NCBI RefSeq assembly: GCF_009914755.1
Contig: NC_060926.1
DNA: 64,000 nt
Reading direction: 5' to 3' (one strand)
Origin: the human T2T-CHM13v2.0 reference genome, Homo sapiens
Below the pieces are notes generated by a model. The model had not been told where the DNA came from. It made no database searches and worked only from the letters and a program-made list of their open reading frames with translations. Positions 1 through 13,290 of this stretch are shown piece by piece (within the stretch, counting starts at the first letter, position 1; each line of letters opens with the position of its first letter). The position numbers and the translations under genes were made by a program.

Positions 1-2426
1 TAAATTCTTAAAGAGCTAATTTCTCATTATTCTATATATCTCTCCACACATATCTACTAGTTGAGAACATCTGAAATACTTACTGTTTTTTTTTTTTACA
101 TGGAAACTCTACAAACTTATATTTTTGCCATGACATTATTTTTCCTGTGTCCCAGATGTTCAATGCCATGATGTTTTATTGAACATTTAAAAGCCATATA
201 TTGTAAAAAATGTTAGTATTTAGAAGACTCTCAAGAAGTTTCATATCTCTGTGTATCTGAGGACATTTCATTAAGCAAAGAGCCTAAAGATGTTTCTCTA
301 AAAGTTTGGCAGTGTGGAACTTCTCTCAGAATATTTCATCATGAGGATTTCCTTGGATTGGCTTTACTCATGTATCATTTAGCAGTTAGCAATTCACTTA
401 CTTATTTTGTGCTTCTCCTTGGCCATTCTTTGCCAGAACAATTAGATTCCACAACAGGAATTTGGTCCTAAACATTTTTTAATTATTTCCTTTACTCTTG
501 GATATGTGTTTAAAATTTATTCTAAATATGTCAAATATAAAATAAGATTAGCTGTTACTGTTGGAAAACAACAGTTTTATATTGAAATTACTTTTTAGCG
601 ACTTTATATTTCAACGGAAAACATATTTCTACTTGCAATACTTAGATGAGTGATTTGGAATGAGCCACTGAGGATCAGAGAACTTGCCTTCAAGTTTTCA
701 TGACACCACTTGTGAACAGAGTTCTGGGCAATCTATTTTTTTTTTTTTTTTCACATTGGAGTTTTGTATAGCAGGTAGGCTGGAGCAGCGGTCTCCCATC
801 AATCAGACATTCATAACAAAAGTTTACATATGTGTTTGTTGAAACTGAGAAGGTAGATTTTTGGTTAATAAGGAAAAACGTGTTATTTATTTTCAAAAAA
901 AGCCTTTTTATATATGTTAAAGATAATAAGTCTTTACATTTGTGAAAAAGTATTTTTGATATTATTCTATTGATCAAACTTAGACACCATTGATCTTTCA
1001 CATTCTTCAATGAGTTAAGTTAAAGAAACAAAAATAAATTCAGGGTCATGGTTGAAACAAATTTGATAAGTGCTATATTTTTAAAATTTCTATTAAAACA
1101 TATTTTTGCTCTTCTTTTGTTTTCTATAATGTTTAATTCTCCATTTCTTTTTTTTTCTGATTTTTCCAATGTAGAAAAAAATGTAGTCAATAGAGTAAGT
1201 TCCAAATTCCAAGTTAATATGCCTTTAGCATGTATTTTCTAGGCTTAAAATTGTAGTTTTACTCTCATATTTAACTTGAGATAAGTGAACTGACTATTCT
1301 CATCTCTGGTGGTATTTACCATAGTTGCATTTGCACTTTGCAAAAGTACTCAAAAAAGATATATCTTTACCCCAAGCAGTGTTTTTCTTTAATTTCTAAT
1401 AGACTGAAGTTTTCCCCACTTAGGTGGAACAGGACTCACGAGATGTCACCAGTAAGCTGTGACACTACTGTGGCACTTAGTGGAGATCTATTCGGAATGT
1501 CAATATAATCTAATCATCATTTGAATGCAAACATCATCAGCTTCTCTTCGATGACTTCTTCATTCTATTTATTTTGTACACATATAACAATTTTCTGCCA
1601 AACTACAATTCCCAGACATTGGAAACTAGCAGACTTTAATAACTACAAAAATTAGAACAATATACACATATTGTCAGTGACATTTGGAAAATAAAACAAT
1701 GCTATTTAGTTTGCTAGACACAATAAATTCAATAATTTCAGAATAAAGGACTGTTTTCCAAACGTAATCAATCTAACTTTATAAACAGTTGATTATGTTG
1801 TTCTTATTTATCAGATTTCACTATTTACAATTATGAATTCTGTCACAGACAGCACCTAGACTGAAAACAGCCCTCTATGGATTGTTGATTTAGGGTCATG
1901 GTCTCTGAAGTCACATGTAAGTCAATCAAATGGTATGTAAGAGAATGCCTCAGGGTGTCAGAAAAAAATATTAGAATTGAATTTATAATTAGTTTTAAAA
2001 TCTCACCCTTTAAAAATGTGAATGTTTTGATTCAAACATTGTATATTGTGTATGATATAAAATACATTAGTACGGTAGTGTGTAACTATAACTTATAAAC
2101 ACATAAACAGAAATGTATTAGGTAGGAAGACTTCAGCTTTTTAACAGATAGAATATAGAATCATATATTTGGGGTCCACTAATTTAGTGAATTAGTTTTT
2201 ATAATACCTATGTTTTAGTCCAGTGATTTTATACTATGCTGATAGGAAATTCAAGAACATTAAATAATTCATTGTAAGGAGACATACAGGGAAGAAGGAA
2301 GAAGCCTTTCAAGGTTCTCTTTACCTCTATTTAGTTTCATACCAGGACACCTCTAGTTTTGTCTGTTTTACATAATGTGCTTTAATATTATAATTTATCT
2401 GTCAGAAACATAATTTCCACCAATAA

Positions 2427-2921
<495 letters not shown>

Positions 2922-3725
2922 CAATGGCACTAATGATTTTTAAATATTCGTTGAAAACCACTATTAAGGTGTAGGATGGCATTGTCATTTTGAGCCAGTA
3001 GAAACCATGTTAGTTACATATGTATATATATCTGAATACAACTGCAATTATTGTTTTATTTTTTTCCTCCCTAAAGCCTCCTTTAGTTTTTCTCATTGTT
3101 TTCAAAGGCTGCATGATAGTCTATTAAGTGGTTTCATAGTAAATCATTTTGAACAATTTCAATTGGCAAATATTCTCTTCTTCCAATTTTCAACATTTAT
3201 TTATATTCCTTAACAGTATTTTTAGAGAAAAAAATAATTTTAGAGAAATCTGAAGAAGAAATGCCTGCTGATTTTAGAGTTGATAAAATAAGAAAATTTT
3301 AAGGAAGAGACACTTGAGCAGAGAGCTGAGTAACCATCGGTAATGAAATAAGCAAAGACAGTGGGAAGACAACGCAAAGCTAAGTATATGTTCTAAGGGC
3401 TATAATATGTCAGAGGCCTGTATGCTGTTACCCCAGGTGCTGGGTTTTACGTCATACCGCTCAATAATTGAAATTTGTTTTTAACTATCTATTTTTGGGA
3501 CAATTTTAGATTAACAGAATTATTACAAAGATAACCCAGATATCCCCATATGATCCACATTCGGTTTTCTCCATTATCAAAACTGTATCAATTTCCTATT
3601 CCTACTCTAACAAATGTCAACATACTTAGAGGCTTGCAACAACACAAATGTCTTGCCTTAAAGCAGGTTAGAAGCAGTAAAATCAATTTGTCTGCTGGGT
3701 TGTGTTTCTTCTGGAGGCTCTGGGG

Positions 3726-4805
3726 CAGCAGACCCCAACATTTTCAGCACCAGGGATGGGTTTTGTGGAAGACAATTTTTCCACAGATGGATGGGGTTGG
3801 AGTTGTAGGGGGATGTTTTGGGGATGAAACTTTTTCCACTTTAGACCAACAGGCATTAGTGAAGTTCTTTATTTTTATTTATTTATTTTTTTATTATACT
3901 TTAAGTTCTAGGGTAAATGTGCACAATGTGCAGGTTTGTTACACATGTATACATGCGCCATGTGGGTGTGCTGCACCCATACTCGCCATTTACATTAGGT
4001 ATATTTCCTAATGCTATCTCTCCCCCCTCCCCCCACCCCACAACAGGCCCCAGAGTGTGATGTTCCCCTTTCTGTGTCCACGTGTTCTCATTGTTCAATT
4101 CCCACCTATGAGTGAGAACATGCAGTGTTTGGTTTTTTGTCCTTGCTATAGTTTGCTGAGAATGATGGTTTCCAGCCATCCATGTCCCTACAAAAGGACA
4201 TGAACTCATCGTTTTTTATGGCTGCATAGTATTCCATGGTGTATATGTGCCACATTTTCTTAATCCAGTCTATCATTTATGGACATTTGGGTTGGTTCCA
4301 AGTCTGTGCTATTGTAAATAGTGCCGCAATAAATATATGTGTGCATGTGTCTTTATAGCAGCATGATTTATAATCCTTTGGGTATATACCCAGTAATGGG
4401 ATGGCTGGGTCAAATGGTATTTCTAGTTCTAGATCCTTGAGAAATCACCACACTGTCTTCCACAATAGTTGAACTACTTTACAGTCCCACCAACAGTGTA
4501 AAAGTGTTCCTATTTCTCCACATCCTCTCCAGCACCTGTTGTTTCCTGACTTTTTAATGATCGCCATTCTAACTGGTATGAGATAGTGAGGTTCTTATAA
4601 GGAGCACTTACCCTACATTCCTCGCATGTTCAGTTCACAGTAGGGTTCGGGCTCCTATGAGAATCTAATGTTGCTGCTGATCTGACAGGAACCAGAGCTC
4701 AGGCAGTAATGCTGGGTCTCTGCCACTCACCTCCTGCTGTGCAGCCAGGTTCCTAACAGGCCATGGACTGGTACCAGTCTGCCACCTGGGGAATGGGGAC
4801 CCTTG
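3726..4805 (-). mobile_element. MER1B hAT-Charlie DNA transposon, split by L1PA
   Basis: Termini CAGCAGACCCCAAC and GGGGACCCTTG; internal GGAAGACAATTTTTCCAC and CTCCTATGAGAATCTAATG..GATCTGACAGGA; degenerate 8-bp TSD CTCTGGGG/CTGTAGGA. Confidence 0.9.
3870..4583 (-). mobile_element. 5'-truncated L1PA (about L1PA4-6), ~0.7 kb
   Basis: TTATTATACTTTAAGTTCTAGGG..CCCACCTATGAGTGAGAACATG..GCCATTCTAACTGG; 13-bp TSD TAGTGA(A/G)GTTCTT at 3857-3869 and 4584-4596. Confidence 0.95.
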
Positions 4806-5190
4806 CTGTAGGAGATAATCCACTTCCTTGCCTTTTTCAGCTTCTAGAGGCTATCTCTATTTCTTAGCTTATAGCTCCCTTCTTCCACCTCCAAGGCCAA
4901 CAGAGTAGCACTTTCCAATCTCTCTTACACACACTCACACACATCTCAATTTCATCATCACATCGATAACTCTGAGCCTCCTGCCTCTCTTATAATGACT
5001 CTTGTGATTAGGCACATCTAGGTAATCCAGAATAATCTCTCCATCTCAAGACCCTTAATTTATATCTGTAGGTTGCCTGTTTTCATGTAGGGTAACAGTT
5101 TCACAGATTTAGGGGATTAGGAGGTAGACATTTTTGGGGGATGGAAGGACATTATATCTTACACTGATAAGGTGTATTTGTCACAAATAC

Positions 5191-5228
5191 ATTGATATAC
5201 TATTGATATACTATATTGATATACTATT
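5191..5228. repeat. Short tandem repeat (ATTGATATACT)x3
   Basis: Read directly from the sequence. Confidence 0.85.
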
Positions 5229-5389
5229 ATTTTTTATACAGATATTCATGCTTTCCTTTCCATTCTCTTCCACTCTGGACCTCCTAACTCTAAGTTGCCT
5301 GTGTCTCATCCTAATTTAATTTCCTTACTATTACCACCAGCCTCACATTTTATGTAATGTACCATTATGAGCATTTAAGTTACTACAAA

Positions 5390-6650
5390 TCCCTCCTTTT
5401 TAATTCATTTTCAGTCAGCTTCCAAGGTATCACACAATTCTTTTCTCCTCCTACTTTACCAGTCTCTCCTTTTTAGGGCTATTTGCTGAATTCTTTTTCT
5501 GTTTCCAACATCTTAGTGTTGTAGATACTAGAGATCAGTCTTTGGCCTTCTTCTCTTTTCTGCTCACATTCACTGAATCATCATTTTATTCAGTTAGATG
5601 GCTTTATAGTCAAATGTGTGCCTAGAATTTCAAAGCTTTATCTTCAGGCTGGTCACTCTCCTTAAGTCCAGATGCATATATTCAACTTGCTACATTTCCA
5701 TTAAGATACCTAATAGATATCCCAAATATGCACAGATACACCCCCACACATACTCACACACACAAAGCATAATCATCTCTACTTCAGCAGATGACAACTT
5801 CTTTCGTTTAATGGCTCAGACTAAAGCTTTCAGTCATTGTTGACTCTTTTTCTATCATATTAAATCGAATCTGTCAAGAATTTCTCTTGGCTTTACTAAA
5901 AAAATACATTATAATTCAACCATTATCTACACACTACAATTCTGATCCAAGCCATCTTTGTTTCTGCTATCGATTGATCCAATAGCCTCTAGGTTCATCT
6001 CCTTGCCCCTACCAGTCTATTATCAAAACAGAAGTCAGAGTTATTTATCCATTATGACATAGAGGTCAGACATTGCTACTTTCTTGTTCAAGTCATTCAA
6101 TGCTGTCTCTTTTTATTTATTCAGAATTAAATGGAAAGTCCTTAAAATAGCCTATAATGGTCAAAATTGTTTGACTCCTATTAGCTCTGTGGCCTCATTT
6201 CCTTCTATGTTGCTTATATAGCTCCTATCATAATGACCTCTCTGTTTTTCCTCAAACACACAAGTCCAATCCCATTTCAAGCATTTTGCACTGGGGTGTT
6301 CCCTCTCTCTGTATTGCTTTCCCAATATTTGCATGTATATCACCTGATTAGTAAGACCTGAGCCCACAGCCTTATGTAAAATTGCAACCCACTTATCACT
6401 CTCATACTCTTGATTCCCTTCAACCAACTCTATTTCTTCCGTAACACGTACCATATTCTAATCATTATATTTAGTTGTTTTACATTTATATTGTTTAATT
6501 TATATTATTCCCTCATCTCGTCATTTTAATGTAAGCTAGACATCAGCAAGCATTATGGTTTGTTTTAGTTACCATTCCTCCCAGACACTGTAAACTCTGC
6601 CTGGCACATAGCAGAAACTCAATATGTAATTTGTGAATCAATGAATAAGT
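5390..6650 (+). mobile_element. L2a LINE 3' portion
   Basis: Pyrimidine-rich L2 body ending GCCTGGCACATAGCAGAAACTCAATATG..GAATCAATGAAT. Confidence 0.85.
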
Positions 6651-7649
6651 CATTCCATTTAAGAAAAAATATAATGTCTGGCATAAAACAAAGCACAATT
6701 TTTCTATATTTATTCAAGTAATAAAAAGCGGTTGCCAACTGGATAATTCCCAATTTGGCATTCCAGAAGCAAGAACGAAGTCCGTAAAAAAAATCCTACC
6801 TCCAAAAAAAAAGAAAAATCCCTGATATATTTTTTGTTTTTTAAAAATAAACATTACCAGTGAAGGATTTGTGATCATATCCAAACATTTCATAAGACCA
6901 CACAAGAAATTAATAGCCCAGTGATGCCTAAGCCAAAATTTAACCTTCATACACATAAAAAACTCACGAAGACATGCAAGCATTAGATTCAGTTACATCA
7001 ACAGAGGACAAAAACACAAGATGGCAAATTCTTCTCCTTAAGAACTGAATACACAAAAGTATTTCAATAGAAAAAAATCTCATAAAGGCAGGATTTCAAG
7101 TGAGTATTAAAAAGTTAATGATTCTTTTGAGATTTTAATTCCAGACATTCATGAGTTACATGTCCTCTAGACTCTACAGCTTGAGCAATTGCGATCAAAT
7201 TCTTTATATGGTTAGGCTACTTTTTTTTTTAAGGGCATATGGAAGAAAAGACAGAAAATAATATTTCAGAGATTTCTGAGGCCAAAAAAATAGACTTTTA
7301 ATGCATCACTTCTATCTAGCAAAACCAGATAGAAAGAGACATTACATGTCTGTAGACATTTTCACATACACACAAATGTGCCTACACCCACAGTCATAAC
7401 TTTCTGATAATAAAAGTGTTCTTGTGATTGGTGTCATACATACCTTCTACAGAATTCTGCAAGCTATCAAGATAGTGTACGTATCTGGAATAAGATCTCT
7501 TCTCCCTAAACAGGAAGTCAGAGTGAACTGACACCCTGGGTGTAAGACCATTACTTGCTCACTATCTACCCAAGTATTATAGTAAAGAGATATCTATTCC
7601 TTTCTTTCACCCTGACCCACACATTGCCTTAAACTCACCAGAATTAATC

Positions 7650-7750
7650 TCTCTATATATCTATATCCATATATCTATACATATCTATTTTATCTATATA
7701 TATATATATTTATCTATCTAGATAGATATATAGCTAGATATATTTATCTC
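7650..7750. repeat. (TA)/(TATC) low-complexity microsatellite
   Basis: CTATATATCTATATCC..TATCTATCTAGATAGATA. Confidence 0.9.
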
Positions 7751-8259
7751 ATTAATTTAGTGCCAAGAAAATGCTCATATTCCTAGTAACATCTTGTATT
7801 CTTTACATGAATGATCATATATCTTTATATAGCTACTATTCTGTCTCCTTTTTAATGCTTCCTCAAATTCTAAAATAGTTTCTGGATGCCATTTGAAATT
7901 TATGCTCCATTAACAGTTAAATATCTCATACTTGTGTTCGAAATATTTCTTTCATCTTTATGTTTGAATGTAAGTCTGAACCTCTTCTAAGGACCCTAGT
8001 TAACACTACTTACCATAGATTTCATTCCACGGGACCTGGAGCTGGTGTCAGTGTCATTCTTTCTCCTCATTACCATTTTCAAACCATTCTCCTTTCCTAC
8101 ATTAAAAAAAAAAGAGAGAAGAAGAAGAATCAGAATTATATCTAATTTAAAGATTATATCACACTGTATTCTTTATTTTGATGCTATGTAGTGTCCTCAA
8201 ATTAAAATTTGATTTAATGTGATTGCATCTTTTTTTTATCCTTTGGGGAATTATAAAAA

Positions 8260-8460
8260 AACAAGATATATTTGTGAACATTATTTGTATATTCTATTAA
8301 CCTGCTTTTCTCACTAAATAATATAACTTGGTAATGTTCTCATATGCCATAAATTCTAATAGTCGCATATTACGCTACTATATGGAATTACATTGATCTA
8401 TTTAACAATTTCCGGGTAATTTTTATTTCATTTTTATTGGTAAAATAATCCTATACTTTT
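8260..8460 (-). mobile_element. L1ME-type fragment
   Basis: AACCTGCTTTTCTCACTAAATAATATA..TATTTAACAATTTCC. Confidence 0.5.
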
Positions 8461-8589
8461 TAAAAATTAAACATATTATAAATTGTTTTTTATTTCAAAG
8501 GACTTGATAAATATTTATGAAATTCCATTCTACAACTTGCCCTTTTAATTTCCACAGCCTATTTCTAAAAAAAAAGTAAAATTATACTT

Positions 8590-8910
8590 TAGATTATAAA
8601 TAGAATCTCAATGAATTTTTAAAAGAAGATATTTCAAAGGATACATTTTATGATCCACATGCATTCAATCTAAAATATGGTTTACAAAGGTATAAAGGAA
8701 AAAAATAGCCACATGAAAAATACATTCCATTAAATAATTTTGGGGTCTAAATGTTAATAAAAAACCACAATTACATAAGCTTTAGAAAACAATGAAAATG
8801 AGAACATTGTATATGACCACCTATAATACTGATCAAAAGTCAAGTAAGAAAGAACATTGTAAATGAGCCATTCTGTTCAAAAAGTTAAAAAGAAAGCATA
8901 AAACAAACGT
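8590..8910 (+). mobile_element. Degenerate L1M ORF2 (endonuclease-adjacent) fragment
   Basis: AATCTCAATGAATTT..ATGATCCACATGCA..AATGAAAATGAGAACA. Confidence 0.45.
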
Positions 8911-10649
8911 GGAAAGCAGGAATGTCACAGGGGCAGAAAGATTCAGGCTTCAGATCTGCCTGAGTTCTGCTCTTCATAATTTATAATTAAAACAAAGTAA
9001 AAAAAAATGGATTATTACACTGAAAATCATTTGGCCTATTTCAAAGACTTGCATAAATATTATGCTTTTTATCACTTCTGCCAAATGGCCACAAGATGCT
9101 GACTTCTATAGAACATGACAATTCTAAACTGTAAAACATTAAATGTTACAGAAAACATGCTGTGGAAGTCCACTTTGTCAAAATATCCTAGTTCTATATA
9201 GCAAGGCTTTGGAATAACTTGTAAATGAATAAACAAGCATCATAGGTAAGCCAGATTGAACATTCAAGGAAACATTTTGAGCACCTTGTAAACTATAATC
9301 ATCCAATCCCTCTTGGACACTTGCCTCCGTTTTGGCAATTTGGAAGCAAGATGAAAGTAGATAAAGTGTTTACTACAAGAGAGGGTGCTTCTGCGATATA
9401 CAAAGGGAATTGTAAACTTAGTCCTGTGATCCTGCCATTAGTCTTTTTAATGATTCTGAGCCACAACCTCCCTGAGATAACATCTTTTTCTCTCTATGCT
9501 TGAGCTTTGAGAAGCCTAGAGGAATCTTGATTTTTTTTTAGCCTTTTATTAAACTTAAGCCTAGAAATAAGGGAAAGCTAAAGGAAAAGGATTAGAGAGG
9601 TTTGTTCAGCACTGCCAGAGAAAGAAAATCCCTGCCTTACTGCCCGATATATTAAACTCCTGATCTTGCAATTGCATAAAATTATTACTGGCATTATATC
9701 TATGTCAATTAAATCTGGTGCTGCAGAAAATGATTTAACCAGTTATCTCTTTCAATGTCATTCAAGAACTCTAATTAGTGTGACAGGTGTGTTTCTCTTT
9801 TAAGTAGTGCTGTAGTCATCTAGGTATTATTCAAAGGCACCATTAAAACTCATTAATATGAGAGTATCTCAGAGGGGTTTATGGGCTTTCGGGAGTACTG
9901 TTCAGACAAGTTTGCCCATAAAAGTATTTTGGATTAAAAATGTTAGAGTATATTGTTTTCTATCATGAGAAAATATTTCTTTCAGTGTTATAAGCAGACT
10001 GATAATGCTTCTGCTTATTTTTCAAAGATCCTCTATTTTTATAAGACCTAGAATTTTGTTCCTTATTTTATTCATAACCTTCACAAATAGATATAATTTT
10101 ATTCAATACACAATTTTTGTAAGAAAAGAGAAATGCAGTGAATGAAAGTTTAACTTTTCTAAGTTTACCTAGTAAAACTTCTTTTACTCTCTGGCTACCC
10201 TCCTCTGTTTTACTGTTCATCTTAACTACGAATAAACTGGTTTGGCAATAATAAAAGAAAGATTTGAATATCCATGAGCAATTTAAAATTATAGCTTGGA
10301 AAGTATTGCTTTCAGACTCACACTTTTTCCTATCTTTCCTTCCTGATTAGTGCAAAAGCTCATTGACCCACCATTCCATTGAAGCCCAATTAGTTTTTGG
10401 ATAGTTTGCACTATTTTATGGTGGAAGCATGCCTGACCAAACAGATTACTATAACCTGAGAGTAGATTTCTCTTCTTATGTATTTTCAAACCCTACCCAA
10501 TGCAGTACTGAACATATAGTTAGAAATTATTTAGTGTTTGTTAACACTTTATTTTCTAAGTAGAGAATTTTAATATTAATAATAAAATATCTTTATTGAC
10601 ATATTTTCACTAAAATAAATTATATGCAAAGTATTTTAACGTTGTTATA

Positions 10650-11100
10650 TAACCAGAATTTAACAAGTGAATTCCGTATGTCAGATATAGGGCTAAGAAA
10701 CAGGAATATAGAGAGGAGTATAATGTAAACCCAGATCTCAAAAGGTTCAGAATCTGGTATGGGGGACAAATAAGTAAACCAATAATTACAAAATGCAACA
10801 ATGGGTTTCATAATTGAGAAATACAGGAGATAAAAGATTTAGGTAAGTGATTCTTAGTTAAGAAAAAGCAAGGTTTGGGGCAAAGTTTCAAGGTTGGGGA
10901 AAATTGGGCAGAGCATATCTTCTATAATAGAAAGTACAATGCTAAATCTTGAAGAGTAAGTACAATGTGGCCAAAATGAAAATTTTGGGAAGGATATTTT
11001 TAGCAAAGACAAGATCTGCTAAATCAGATGAGAGTATGGGACATAAAGAAACTTATGGTAATTTTGTATTATCCACCGAGTATATGAAAAAAATTGAGAA
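10650..11100 (-). mobile_element. L2 fragment
   Basis: TATGTCAGATATAGGGCTAAG..CTCAAAAGGTTCAGAATCTGGT..GACAAATAAGTAAACCAATAATTACAA. Confidence 0.55.
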
Positions 11101-11155
11101 ATGAGACTAAAAACAGAGTAAACAAATGATTAATAACTAAGAGAATATTAAAGAA

Positions 11156-11552
11156 TGCTATGGTTTGAATGTGTTCCCTTAAGTTCATATGTTGGGAACC
11201 TAATCCTCAGGGTAATAGTATTTAAAGGTGGGAGTTTATCAGGTGATTAGATAATGAGAGCTCTGTCCTCATGAATGGACAAATGCTGTTATCATGGAAG
11301 AGATTTAGTTATCACAGTTGTGGATTCCTGATGAAAAGGATAAGTCTGGCCTCTTCCTCTCTCAGTCTCACACTCTCTTGCTCTGCCACTTTCCATCAAG
11401 GGATGATGCATTTGGTGCCATGGATGATGGCACCAAACATGGATGCCACTTTCTTGGACTTCCTAGTCTCCAGAACTGCAAGCCAAGTAAACTTCTATTG
11501 TTTATAAATTACCCACTCTGTGATCTTCCATTACAGCAACAAAATTAAGACA
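11156..11552 (+). mobile_element. MSTD-like MaLR solo LTR
   Basis: TGCTATGGTTTGAATGTG..CTCATGAATGG..TTTATAAATTACCCA..TAAGACA; TSD AAGAA/AAGAG. Confidence 0.9.
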
Positions 11553-11836
11553 AAGAGTTAATACTTCATTTTAATGGTAATAAAAGAGATACAGAGGAAT
11601 AACACACAGTGAAAATAAATTAAAAACACAAAATAGCAGTTTTAAGTTATAACATCATAGTATTAAGTGTAAGTATTAAGTTATAACAACATAGCATTAT
11701 CGTTAAATGAAAATAGTATAGAAATACCAATTAAAGTCAGACTGGTGGAGTGGAGGGAAAAATCACAAACCAACTCTATGGTGTTTTACAAATAATTGAT
11801 TTCAAATTTTACAGCATAGGTAATTTAAAGTAAAAG

Positions 11837-12018
11837 TGTTACAGGAAAGGGGTCCTGATCCAGACTGCAAAAGTGGGTTCTTGGAATTCACACAAGAAAG
11901 AATTCAGTGCAAAGTAAAAGCAAGTTTATTGAGAAAGTACAGTGGTGAAAGGACTCCCTAGACAGAGTCGGACGTTCCTGAAAGCAAGAGGAGGAACGCA
12001 TCCACCCTATGTACAATG
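11837..12018 (-). mobile_element. MER41-family ERV1 LTR fragment (3' end of the LTR only)
   Basis: TGTTACAGGAAAGGGGTCCTGATCCAGAC..GGGTTCTTGGA..CAAGAAAGAATTCAG..GCAAGTTTATT. Confidence 0.75.
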
Positions 12019-12264
12019 TTTTTAAAAAATGATACACTGGATTTAGTGGGATTTATTAGAAGTTTGCAAAGCTGGTTCTATATTAAAAAAAATCAATGTA
12101 ATCCAACATATCAGCAGGCTAAGAAGGCAAATCACATGACTGTATCGATGCAGAAAAGTCATTTGAGAAAAGCTAGCATCTATTTATAGTAATAATAATA
12201 ACTCAGTACATTTTCAGTAGAAAAAAAATCTCAACTTGATAAAGATATATTAAAAAACCTAGAG

Positions 12265-12592
12265 GTAATATCATCCTTAATGTTGAAATATTTAGTGTTT
12301 CCACTTTAAGTGAAGAACATGGCAAAAAAAGGCAATTCTCGTCACTCTCATTCAACATAAAACTACAGTGAATCAAGTAAAAAAGAAATAAAAGGCATAA
12401 ATTGGAAAGGAAGGAAAAAGTCACAAATTGGAAAAAGTAATATCATACTTAATGTTGAAATATTTAGTGTTTCCACTCTAAAGTGAAGAACATGGCAAAA
12501 AAAGGCAATTCTCGTCACTCTCATTCAACATAAAACTACAGTGAATCAAGTAAAAAAGAAATAAAAGGCACAAATTGGAAAGGAAGGAAAAA
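12265..12592. repeat. Tandem duplication: 155/156-bp units (12265-12419, 12437-12592) with a 17-bp spacer
   Basis: Two near-identical copies, GTAATATCAT..GGAAAGGAAGGAAAAA. Confidence 0.95.
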
Positions 12593-13290
12593 CTGTCTCT
12601 ATTTGTTGATGATACAATTATCTATGTAGAAAATTTCAAGTAGTTTGCAAAGTAGAAATGTTTTGTAGAACTAATAAGAGAGTTAAGCAAGATTGTAGCA
12701 TATGAAAGTAGCACATGCATAGACACACACAGACAAACGAATCACATTTCTAAATAGTAACAGCGAACATATCAAAACCAAAATTAAAATCACAGTACCA
12801 TTTATAATTTTTCCAAAAAAATTATAAAATACTTAGGTACAAACTGAACAAAACACGTACATTATCTATACACTAAAATTACAAAATGCTGATAAAAGAA
12901 ATGAAAGAAGTACCAAATAAATGTAAAGGTATACCATGCTCATAGGAAGAGCCAACATAATAAAGCTGTAATTTCTCTTCAAATTGATTCACAGGTTCAG
13001 TGATATTCCTATGAAAATCCCAACAAATTTTGTTGTTGTTGTTGTTGTTTTGTTTCGTATTTTTACACTTTGACAAGCTCATTCTAAAATATTTATGCAA
13101 AGCCACAGGCCCTAGAATATCTAAAACAATTTTGAAAAAGAATAATATTGTCTTACCATATTGCTATATAATCATGAGAGTGTAGTATTGGTGGAAAAAT
13201 AGGTCATAAATCAATAGAACAGACCAGAGAACCTAACATTAGACTCCTGCAAAGGCACAAAGGCTATTCAATGCAGAAAGCATCACCTTC

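Larger units (their letters stand above)
3584..5163 (-). mobile_element. MLT1D-like MaLR solo LTR, interrupted by MER1B and L1PA
   Basis: TGTATCAATTTCCTA..CAACACAAAT..GGAGGCTCT, resuming at 4806 with CTTCCTTGCCTTTTTCAGCTTCTAGAGG..GGTAATCCAGAATAATCTC..GGGGATTAGGA. Confidence 0.85.
3475..5250 (-). mobile_element. Old L1MC/MB-type 3' end, split by MLT1D (pieces about 3475-3583 and 5160-5250)
   Basis: ACAATTTTAGATTAACAGAA..CAAAGATA..CCCATAT on the left; TATTTGTCACAA..ATTGATATACTATT on the right. Confidence 0.55.

Noticed and set aside
690-1010. 106-aa minus-strand ORF and poly-T at 735-751 as a processed pseudogene
   Set aside because: There is no TSD, no recognisable protein and no clear parental mRNA features.
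3550-4011. 153-aa ORF
   Set aside because: It runs across MLT1D, MER1B and L1PA junctions and is fortuitous.
7711-7728. 18-bp palindrome TATCTATCTAGATAGATA
   Set aside because: It lies within a TA/TATC microsatellite, where symmetry is expected.
12265-12592. CRISPR-like or repeat-spacer array
   Set aside because: There are only two long units in eukaryotic L1 DNA; it is a simple tandem duplication.
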